Assembly (NCBI GenBank): GCA_002633005.1
Contig: NMRA01000009.1
Coordinates: forward strand, 915,169-979,168
Direction: 5' to 3'
From: Phoronis australis
Lineage: Eukaryota; Animalia; Phoronida
DNA: 64,000 nucleotides
The notes beneath the pieces were generated by a model, which was not told the origin of the DNA, ran no database searches, and saw only the letters and a list, made by a program, of their open reading frames with translations. Every line of letters begins with the position of its first letter. Position 1 is the first letter of the stretch. Both the position numbers and the translations under genes were made by a program. Positions 37,201 through 49,200 of the stretch are shown one piece after another.

Positions 37201-40200
37201 AAGATGGGAGTTACATGGAGGTTGATCAGGTATTCACACCTGAGAGGGCTTAGCTGTGTGTGCTATGATCTCTAAATGGTATCAGTGAAGATGATTTCAT
37301 GAAACAAAATGTATTTATTGTCCGTGCATGTCATATTATAGAAACACATTGTTATATCTTCTGGTTCAGTTGTTAGGCGCCCACATGTTTATATGTGGAC
37401 GCATGATGCCGTCATCCCCATCCATGCGGTGTCCGCCTGTTCTATCTCCAAAACCCTTTGACGTATGTTCATGAAATTTTGCACATATATTTCTTTCGTG
37501 GATGGGACAGCATGAGCGAACTTTAGACGGATCCCACTACCGATATACGCCCTAGTGGCAATTTTAGTTTTTTACATTTACCTCAGTATCTTCAAAGGTT
37601 CTCAATGAATTTTCATAAAATTTGGCATATAAGCATCTGTTAGCGAGATGTAATGTTCTCACATTTTCGGATAGATTCAAGGTATTTTGCGCCACCTAGT
37701 GGCCATTTTTACTGTTTTCGAGTCTGCTTTTCGGGTTCCGCCCCTCTATCAACCAATCTGCTCTAAGGATGATTATGAAAATTTGCATGTATGTTCTTAC
37801 TATGAAGAGCACGGCTGACGATGATTTTCCAACAACTTTGACTGCTGTGGCACCTCCTAGTGTCAATTTTGTTTTTTTTTTGTACCCATGGCTATATTTC
37901 CTAAACCTTCTGCAGGATCTAAATTACTAGATTTAGCAATTGTATTTGTATGAAGTTGACATTGAATGACGACAACTTTCGGATGGATCTGACTACCGGT
38001 GTGCCCCCAAGTGGCAATTTTGGTTTTTTATGTTTAGCTCAGTCTGTATTTTCAAATGTCCTCGACGGATTTTTATAAAATTTGGAATATACAGGTAGGC
38101 ATCTGTTGGTGAGATGACGCTATCTTCGTGTTTTGGTTTTTTGGATGGATTTGAGGTATTTTGTGCCTCCTAGTCGACATATTTGCTCTTTTCGTGTCGT
38201 TTTTTTTGGCGTCCGCCCATCTATCAGCCAAATCATTCTAAGGATGAAAATTAGCGTAATTAGGTTCTCAATGTGAAGAGAATGGATGACAACTTAGACT
38301 ACTGTGACGCCTCTTAGTAGCAGTTTTGTTTTGTTTTGTTTTGTTTTGTTTTGTTTTTGCACTCATAGCTGTATCTCTTAAACCCATTGCAGGATCTTCA
38401 TTATATTTAGTAAGTTTATTTATATGAAGTTAACACTAGACGACTTTCAGATGGATCCAATGAACGCTGTACCCCCTAGTGACAATTTCATTTTTTCCAT
38501 TTTCCTTTGTTTCTTTGAAGTTCCTCGACAGATTTTTATGAAATTTGGTAAATAGCTAGAAATCATGGCATGTTCCCATTTCTGGATGGATTCAACGTAT
38601 TTTGTGCCATCTTGTGGCCATTTTTGTGATACAAGTAAACAACCCTAGAAACACACTGTTTGCGGTGCATCCGTGGGTGCATTTCAACGCTCCGTGTTAC
38701 TTTCATTATTGTATTAGATCCAGTCATTCTCCAGTTGGCAGGTAATGCATTGATGTGACTTTTGAATGTGCAATCTTTAGCTCTGGGTAGAGACACCCTT
38801 GTTGATTTTGTGGAGGCGAGCCTCAGGATTGCTGGTCTTATTTGAACATCTATATTTGTCGTTTAATGACTTGCTGAGCTAGTAGTCCTCGGTGATATCT
38901 TTGTAAAATGGCAATTTTTTATGAACGAGTGTTCTAAAATCTCACCAATTTAGCTCAAAAGTGTTTTTTTTTTCTCATTTTTTCACGAAAGATAAGTAGC
39001 ACCATCTTTTGTTCTGTACCCTACCTGCTATTAGTGTGGGTGATAGAATAACGCGTCAGCTTCGTTTAAAACGTTTTATTCTTGAAGAGACGGTTATCTG
39101 CAACAGTTTGTCAAACAACGGAACCAAACAATGTGCTCAAAACGTTACCCAATAGTCAATACGGTTAGCACACAGGACTCGAATCCGCATAAGACAAAAC
39201 CACCACAAAGCAGCCGTTACGGTTCAACAATTAAACACTAGTAATACAATGTCCAGCAGACCTACATGAATAGACTAAACGTAAAGCCTTAACAGAATTA
39301 CATGTTCTTACTGGAGTTTTCCACGTGGCCCAGCTAATAATCTCTCTATAGTGCATCACAACATGTTGAAACCAATATTCGAAATGAGCGCTGTAAGTGA
39401 CAGCTGAAGCTAAAAACCATCAAAACTGCACTGTGATTGGTTATATTACAATGGTAGCATCTATTTAGCCAATAAACAATTACCTAGGAGCGGGGGTAGA
39501 CAGCAATTACAATGCACTCTGGAAACGCCCTAAGGTGTACATACAACGCCTCTAGTGGACATAAAGATCCTAAACAAAAGACTAATGCTCCTGTATTAAC
39601 ACCTACCAACAGACAATATTTTGAAATACTAGCTCAAGAGACCTTGAAAAATATAAAAGGGCAATTTTGGTCGCCATTAGTTTTGCCCGGTACTGGTGAG
39701 ATTTTACCATTAATAAGTTTGTTCACAAAATCATGTTGATCAAACACATTGAACCTGACCATTATGTTTGATGTTGTTTAGGCTGGATCAGAGTACCAAC
39801 TTGAGAAGGCCAAGATCACACTCAATGACTGTCTGGCCTGTAGTGGCTGTATATTGATGTTGTTTAGGCTGGATCAGAGTACCAACTTGAGAAGGCCAAG
39901 ATCACACTCAATGACTGTCTGGCCTGTAGTGGTTGTATATTGATGTTGTTTAGGCTGGATCAGAGTACCAACTTGAGAAGGCCAAGATCACACTCAATGA
40001 CTGTCTGGCCTGTAGTGGCTGTATAACGTCAGCTGAGAGTGTGCTCATTACACAGCAGAGTCAAGAAGAGTTGTACAAAGTGCTGGAGGAGAATTCACGT
40101 CTCACAGAGGTAGCTACCTTGATCTTTTCGAACTTGGTTCTATGTTAACATTAATAAAACCTGCTGTCTCTGTTGTAATCTGTCTCTAAACAAGTTCACA

Positions 40201-43200
40201 ACTCAGTGCACTCCGATCCTATGTTTTGTTGTTTTTTGTCTGAAAACTTTTGTCATAGCGATTTGTGTTAGAAATTTTAATTTAAAGGAACAAATTCCTT
40301 TTCTACATTCTTTTAGCTATAAAACTGTAAGCAATAGTCATGACTTTTAGTCTGCAAACTCAACTGTCAACAATGGTGGCTTCCAAAAATTTAATGAATT
40401 TTGATTGATACCAACTCTGATAGTTATTTGTCATTATATAGGATAAACAAAGGCTTATAGTGGTGTCCATGTCACCCCAGTCTAGGGCCTCTCTTGCTGC
40501 TAAGTATGGCCTGACTACCCTAGAGACTGCTGCTAAACTGACGGGCTTCTTCAAGGGACTTGGTAATAAGATGCGACTGTATCCTCAGTGTTCTTCATTG
40601 TATTCAAACATGGAGTTGTGTCGTCATTCAAGTGTTCTGGGCAGCCATTTTTAAAAACATTGAGCCTTGTTTGAAAGCTCAAAGAGCTTTTGCTTGCATA
40701 ATTCTTTAAACGCCCACATACATGTATGAGGGTGCATTATGCCATCAACCCTGTACATCTTTCTGGCCACTGCTTTATTTCTTAAACTGTTTGATATATG
40801 TTTGTAAAATTTTGTAGACTGTCTGGTTTTTGGTGTCTGTCTTGATTGACCAAACCACTCTAAAGATCATTTAAGAAAATTGACATAATTATGTATTCCT
40901 ACTTGGAAGAGCATGGCTGACAATGATTTTTTGATGGCTCTGATACACATAATATGTAACAATTTCGTAAAATGTAACAATTGTTACATTTTACGAAGAA
41001 TATAAATCGGTAAATAAAACAACAAGAATGGATCAACTGAAATTTGAAATTTTCGGATGTAATAACTTCCTTTGTCAACAAAAACAGAAATAAAGTAAAA
41101 TCAAACACAAAATGACAATTGACATATAAGATATGGTGTAATGAAAATGATACATGGTGTATCAGTGCCCTCCCACTCAGTGACATTTTTTGTTCACAAA
41201 ATTATGCAAAAAGTTACTATCACATAGACTATCTGCTCATGATGGTCATCTCTGGTATCTGTGCTGTGTTCAACATACACCGTGAGCACATACCAATTTT
41301 CCATGTTGTTCTGGCTATAAAAAGTCACATTATTGATATAGTATTACACAGTGGTACATACTTTATTCATTTGAGAAAAATAATTGCATTGTGCTCTGCA
41401 AGTGCACGTTATGTATGCCCTAATGTTTCTGTGAGTTGGCTCAAAGGCTTATTGTGGTGCGAAAATGTAATCTGGTAATGCGCTGTTTTGAGCCTTGATT
41501 TTTTGGCCAAGGATAACAGAGATGGAGCTGTTGTCATGATGGTGAAATGTTTGGTGTTAATTCGCTCCTTACTTTGGTGAAATATCAACAATTGAGGATA
41601 GAACATTGTGAACATGTGAACATACAGGCTTTAACAGTCTTAAAGTTATACATAATTATAGTCTAGTCGAAAAATGGTCCCCCGTGCACCCCCCAGACTT
41701 CAACTTCTAAGTTGAATTTTTATGGAGGAAAATATGTGTGGAAACGGAAAAATGATGTTAACAAGCCGAAAAAATGTCCCACGTATGTTTTTTATGCAAA
41801 TTAGTGCCGCCATTACCGATTTTGCATTACTTCGCAATATGTCGCCAACTATTTCATGTAACTGAAAGAACTAACTGTCTGGACATATATTTGGTGGGTC
41901 AAACATTACATTAGAACTACAAGTAAGTGATGCAAGCTATTTTATACATGGTACAGGTATAAAACACTCCACACATGGAGCAGAAGTACTGTGTGAGGCA
42001 TGAAAATCTTCTATTTGTATCCAAATTCAGGACTGATGTTGACCCATCCATGAAAACAAACTGTGACATTGAATTAACGTATTAAGTGACGTCTTTTTGT
42101 TTGAATTTTCATTTCATTTCTCCACAAGCGTGTGAGGTATATCGTTTTGTTGTAGGTTGCCCAGTATCAAGCCGAGAACTGTCCCAGATTCACGTTCCTT
42201 GTTAAATCCGAATTGTTCTAAAAACCCCTAGATCCGAACGCCACTGACGATCCCCTCGACCCACGACCTCCTCAACCCAGTTTAAACAAGCTCGATTCGA
42301 TCTGAACAAAGAACAAGTGCTGACTAACAGGACCATCGAGTCTGGCCGTGAGCTCGGCAAGCTTTCCCCTGTTATTTTTGCAATTAAGAAAATCGATTTG
42401 GCAAATTTGAAGACCAAAAGCAGAAAAAAACGCGACCAAATCATATCAAAGACCTACCAACGTTACAAATGTCTTTCCTGCAGAGTGTAATCGTATCATC
42501 TGCTCTTCAGTTTATGGCAGATTCAAGTTTTTTGGGAGAGTGTGAGGAACACACGAAATTGTAATTTCTTCAGTAAATACATTTTGAAAAACAAACTGTT
42601 AACTAAAAAGTATCTCAACGTTTCATGTAGTATATTGTAAATTAGTATACAACAGAAAACAAATAATAAAAATGTGAAATGATGTGCATTCACATTAACA
42701 TACTATCTTCGTTTAGTGGAACAAGGCCGTTGGTAGCTACTTTTGGAACTATTTCCGTGGCAACAATAGCATGCTCACAATACGCTATATCAGATCCTGC
42801 TCTTGCGCCATTTCTGTTTTAACCACCAAACGTGAGGTAGATCAGATTCCTGTGTAGGTACGTCCTACGAAATAGTCACTCCGAGACGTAATGCGATTAT
42901 GAAATGTATAAAAAGTGCAGAATGCCTCTATTACCACAGGTTGTGGGTCGTGGGGGTTGTGGGTCGAGGGGGTTGTGGGGATCGAAGGGGTTTTAGAACA
43001 ATCCGTTAAATCCCAGACACTGGGTGAGCTATTGAGCATGCTAGAACTCATGAAGTAATGATACCTGTGCCCCTATTCTTGGAACACCAGGTATTTTTTC
43101 CAAGGCCAACAAAGCCTCCATTTCGCATTATCTTCTGTACGACATTGTGCCAGAAGACTTTCATTGTCATGAGGATGTTGTGTTCATCCAAGATGGCTTT

Positions 43201-46200
43201 GTTCTTCTTCACAAGTTAGCTAATCTCCCTCCAACATGTGGTAATGTCTGTTTACAAGTACTTGATCAAACGGTGTCGAAGAAGCACTTCTTGTTCTCAA
43301 CTGACAGTTACTACCCTGAACCTATCAAAGCCCAGGAGCAGTTGTGATGTGGCAGTTCAGAGAAAATAATTTTGGGTGGACCAGCTACACATATGCCGTA
43401 TGACTTCAAAACTTTTCTTGCAAACGATGACAACAAAAAGCAACTCTGCCAACTGTTACTGCAAGTCTGGAGTGGTGAGAAGGCAGTTTCCAGGTAGAAG
43501 AAAACCGAGATGGCCATCCTGATTGTAGACGGTACTGTGAGATTGCACCAGTGCGTTTAAACGTAAAGAAAATGTGGCCCCCTTAAAAAGCTAGAAAAGA
43601 ATCAAAAATTTCAACGAGCATTCAGGCAACGTGACGTTGATTGGGAGGTAAGTTGGGAGAATTCTACTGCCTCATGTACGGTCAGAGTCGTGAGTCATCG
43701 ATAGATGCTAATCGTGCCAAGATGTTATGTCAAAGGGTTGATGAAGATGAATTCCTCACAACTCCAAGAATGACCATGCTCGACTTCCCTCGTGCCAGTC
43801 TGAACCGAAATCTCACATCCAACGAGTAAATCACCGTATCACCTTGTACAAGCGTGCTTGCAAACCCATAAATGAGAAGCCAAAACCTTGTGATGAAGGA
43901 CAAGTGTGGATGCGGACTGATGGAAGAGTATTACAACCTGTGTGGTCGTGTTGTCCTATCTTACCAAACTTACAGATTGATTTCTTGCTCACCAATTTTT
44001 GTGAAGTGGACAAAGAAGAGGAAAGTGGGGGGTTGGAAGGAAGTTTCACGGAAAGCAATTGAAAGTGACATGGAGTGTTAGAACATGTAATCAGTGACAT
44101 CAACACCTAATGATTGTCCATATTTCTACAGCTATTTCCCCGCGTTTTTTTCCTTGACATATTTAAAACATTTGTTGAAATTTGGCTCATTAAAGAGCTG
44201 ATTATATAAACACTGAAAGTTGCACATTCAGTGTTTATATTGGCTTATGTAAACTTTCAGTGTAGTATTGATTGTTAGTAACCGTAAAATACAAATTAGA
44301 TGTAATAGATTAGGAAGAAAATTATCATATCGTAATGCTCGACCCTCAAAATATCGGTTTTGACACTTGATTTGTTCATTTACAAGAACAAGAAAGTGAG
44401 ATATCAAATAACGAAAAATCGGTAATGGCGGCACTAATTTGCATAAAAACGCGCGTGGGACACTTTTTCGGCTTGTTAACATCTTTTTTTTTGGTTTTCA
44501 CACATATTTTTCTTTGCAAAAATTCAACTTAAAAGTTGAAGTCTGGGGGTTGCACGGGGGGACCATTTTTCGACTCAACTAATATATAAGGCTTTGAGTA
44601 ACAGTAGACTAACTGTGGTTGTTTTGAGTATCAGTAGACTAACTGCGGTTGTTTGGAGTAACAGTAGACTAACTGTTCGCAACAATGGTAGAAGCCTTTT
44701 TAAAGTGAAATACAAACAATTTTGACAAATAAATTCTTTTGATTCAAAATTTGAGATTTCACCGCACATGCCTAATACTACAGTGTACACTGTTGCATTG
44801 TATTTTGTTACTTTTTCAGGGGTTCACTTTGTGTTTGACACAACATTTGCCAGAAACTTCAGTCTCCTTGAAAGTTGTCACGAGTTCATCCGGAGAACCA
44901 TTGCTGCCGAAGGAGACAAGGACTGCCTACCTATGTTAGCTTCAGCTTGTCCAGGTAAGTACACCTGAAAATTGACAAGAGTTGCCACGAAATTTTTCAC
45001 CTCTGAGAGCTGTTGAATTTAAGGACATAGTTTTTTACCACCCTTGTTTCTTCAACAAGTCTTTGAAGCTTGAAAGGCAATTAGTTTTGATGTCAAATGT
45101 ACAATTTTTCAGAGGCCTATGTGGACTTCCAAATAAGATTATTGTCCATGACTGCCAGTTTATTGTAGCTTACCTAGCCTAGAATTCTCTTCAAATATGA
45201 GCAACAACTTGAGGTTTTGTAGTAATACCTGATCTACTTCTATCGCCAAAGGTGGGAGGGTTAGGGCTTTAAGTGAGGGTTTGGGAATTCATTTTTAATT
45301 CAGATTAATTACGTACTTTAATTGTTAACAGTTTGGAACACAAAGTAAAAAAGAATGTACTGAAGAACTGAAAATGAGAACCCACAGTGATTTTTGTGCG
45401 CCCACAAGATCTTGATGACATGGAAGACGTATTCCTATTAAGCTGACGGCGGATGACGATAAATTTTGGACCTCTCTGACTACCGGTGTGCCCCCTAGTG
45501 GCAATTTTAGTTTTTTATGCTTACCTCTGTATCTTGGGAGGTCCTCAACAGATTTTCATAAAAATTAGCAGTTAGGCATCTATTAGTGAGATCATGCCAT
45601 CCCCTTGTTTTTGGACGGATTCGAGGTACTTTGCGCCAGATAGTGTCCATTTTTACTGTTTTTGAGTCTGATTTTTGGCGTCCGCCTTTATATCAAGCAA
45701 ACCGCTCTGAACATGATTTTGAAAATTAGCATTTATGTTCTTACTGTAAAGAGGGCGGCTGACAATGATTTTCTGATGACTTTGATTACTGTGACGCTTC
45801 CTAGTGGCAGTTTTGTTTTTTTTCGCGCCCATGGCTGTATCTCCTACACCGTTAGCAGGATCTTTTACTAAATGTTGCAAGTATATTTATATGATGTTGA
45901 CAAGGTACGACGATGACTTTCGCATCAATCAGTCTGCGGTTGCACCCCTAGTAGCAATTTTATTGTTTTTATATTTACCTTTGTACCTTCAAAGGTCCTG
46001 AACTGATTTTCATAAAATTTGGCAGATAGGCACGTATAATTGAGATGACGCTATCCTCCCTTTTTCGGATGGTTTCGAGGTATTTTGCATCTGTTTTCGA
46101 GTCTGTTTTGGCATCCACCCTTCTGTAAACCAAACCTTTCTAAGGATGATCCTGAAAATTGGCATGTATGATCTTATTATGAAGGGGACGGCTGGCGATG

Positions 46201-49200
46201 GTTTTCCGATGACTTTGACCACTGTGGCGCCTCCTAGTGGCAGTTTTGTTTTTTTGTGCCCATGGCTGTATATCTTTAACCCACTGCAGGATCTTTATTA
46301 AACTTAGTAAGTGTATTTATGTGAAGCTAATAGACGGCAACTTTCAGGTAGACGCTTTGCCCCCTTTCATTTTTCTTAAATAGCTTTCTACAAAAGAGGC
46401 TATGGCATGTTCTGTTTTCAGATGGATTGGACATTTTGCGCCATCTACTGGCCATTTTTAAGATACAAATAACTTTAGAAGCACACGATTTGCAGTGCAT
46501 TTGTGGACGCATTTCAACGCTCCGTATTGCTCTTGTTTTGTGTTTTTATGCTGTCAGGATTTTGTAATCTATTTCCTCTTGCCTGCCTTGTTGTCCTCCG
46601 TTTCACAGGCTGGGTGTGTTATGCTGAGAAGACTCATGGCTCATATATTCTACCCCACATAAGCACCACAAAATCACCCCAACAAATCATGGGTTCTCTA
46701 GTCAAGGACTACATTGCAAGGCATCATGGGAAAACTCCTGATCAAGTCTACCATGTGACCGTCATGCCTTGTTTTGATAAAAAGTTGGAAGCATCACGAC
46801 AAGATTTTTACAATGATCTTCACAGAACACGAGACGTGGATTGTGTCATCACCTCTGGTACGCTGTATAATAATAATAGTAATAGTAATAGTGATTATTT
46901 AAATATTGTCTTTCATTTTGTAATTCTGTTAGTTTGTCTTACTGTCTGTATGTAAAGCAGTGTGAACTGATGGGGTTACCCTCATTGTAAGTATTACATT
47001 AATAAACAATAAATAATAAATAAATAGTAATAGTAATAATAATGTGACAACACTGCCTAGCTTATACTTCAAACAGTAATTGTTGTAATTTTACTATTTT
47101 TTCTTATGTTCAACTTTTTATTCAGCATTTAGTTTAAGTTAATTTTCATCAATTTCAAATTTAAAATACATTGGTTCCTTTTAAACTAATGCAACATTTT
47201 TAAGCAAATTTTAATTTTGTTAAAGATATTTAATTGATTCACCTCCTTCCATGTTAATTCTGTTACAGCTGAAGTGGACTTGATGTTGGTAAAAGAGCAA
47301 GTGTCTCTGGTAGATGTCTCTAGTTGTCATTTGGACACAGTGTGAGCAATAAGTGATTTTGGAATGATGGGTCGGAATATTTCAAAATTATTTTTAAAGA
47401 CCCATGCATCCCAAATTGGGTCAAGCAGAAATCGTAGTAAACTTCAAACTGGAATAAATCAGGATAGTTGCCGCGAATATTCCAGTTGTGTTATATCTGC
47501 AATAGGGAACGCTGACTTGCCATATATAAAACAAAACCAAGGATTTCGCCCTAAAACTTGGAGCAAAACATTGGTTTGCACAGATGGCGCTGCATGGGGT
47601 TATATGACTTGGACACTCTTTCACAGTGCTACGAAAGGTAGCACTGTGGAATGTTGTTTTAACATGGCTTCTTGTTGGTTAAAGTAATGAAACTGACATA
47701 ACATTCAGTCATTCCCATTGGTTGAAATCTGGGAAACCCCTTTCAGTTTTCTTTTATGTAGTATGGTGACCAACTTTGACTTGATTAGTTGCAAGTTATT
47801 AAAACGGGTGCAGTGATTGAAGTAAACAAAATCAAGGGAATCTCGATCCATTGCTTAAGCCCAAGTACAGTGCATAAGGGCGTGTGCAAATTGTAGCGAT
47901 GTGATCCTAAAACTTAAGCCCAAGATGTGCATTGATGCCTACACACGGAATTCCGTGCATCTTTCATCATGTTTCCATTGGGCCATTTTTCAGTATTGGT
48001 GGTGCTGTGTCCGAGGTTACTGACTTGGACCATTAGTGCTTGAGCTGAAAGATGGCGCTGGTGCATGGGGTTAACTTGGACTTTTAGTGCTTGAGCTGAA
48101 ACCAAGTAACTCTCAAATCATGTTTTCTCTAGTTTTTGAATACTCACAACTTTCAAACAATTAAATTTCCAAAATATTGTAGTTTTGGACAGTTTTATTG
48201 ACACTGTTTAAAACTATTCCTGTGTTGACCACTCTTTCACATCCAAACACCGATTTATTTTAGCCGTCCTTGTTACATGAACAAATTGTGTCATACTTGT
48301 AGACCTCCCTCATCCAGTTTAGTGAATCATGAAGGTGGTGGTTCAGGTGGTTATCTAGAACACATCATGAAACACGCTGCTAAACACTTGTATGGGATAG
48401 AGGTGCAACACTTGCAGTATAAAACTTTAAGGTGAGGCAATGTGTGTGATGAAATACATAAACTAAAGCTTGATCATAATTCTGTTTGTTTGAGGACGTT
48501 GCATACCTCTGTTTGTTTGAGGACGTTGCCTTATCAGTGTATGTTGACTGAAAGCCTTTCTACAGAAACGAACAGTGTTACTGTAAAAGTAATCCCTATT
48601 TATTGTGGCAGACTTTCTCATTATTTAGTAATTTGGCAATAGTTCGCATATTAAGCCTTGTGTCCCTTTTGACTGTATTCCTTCCCCAGTACTACATTTT
48701 CTGCAAGACTTACGTCCCTTTTGACTGCATTCCCTCCCCAGTGCTACATTGTCTACTAGCTTTGTGTCCCTTTTGACTGCATTCCCTCCCCAGTAATACA
48801 CTGTCCACAAGCCTAATGTCCCTTTTGGCTGCATTACCTCCCCTCTGCTACACTATCCATAAACGTCTACTATCAGTTGTTGTACTCCAGCATTATCGCA
48901 CACTATTCCACGCATTTGTACACTTCTCTGCAAGTCTCAGCTGGAATGGAATTTGTAGCTCTTAATTAGTCAATAATAATGACAATAACAATAGTTATAA
49001 TAATGATAATAACAATAATGATAGTAATAATTATAATGATAGTAGTAATGATAATAATAATAATAATCAGAATGGTAATAATAATACACTCACTAAATAC
49101 ATTTTGAGTAATACTGTTCAACCGCATATAATCTTAAATTTTTCTGCAAACAACCTTTACATCATATTTAGATGTCAACCATTAATAGTTTGGGAAGCTT

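Noticed and set aside
46503-46955. ORF-track proteins such as 46503-46955, 49104-49451 and 56656-57234 as standalone genes
   Set aside because: They are exons of CIAO3 or GRWD1 read through into flanking intron sequence.
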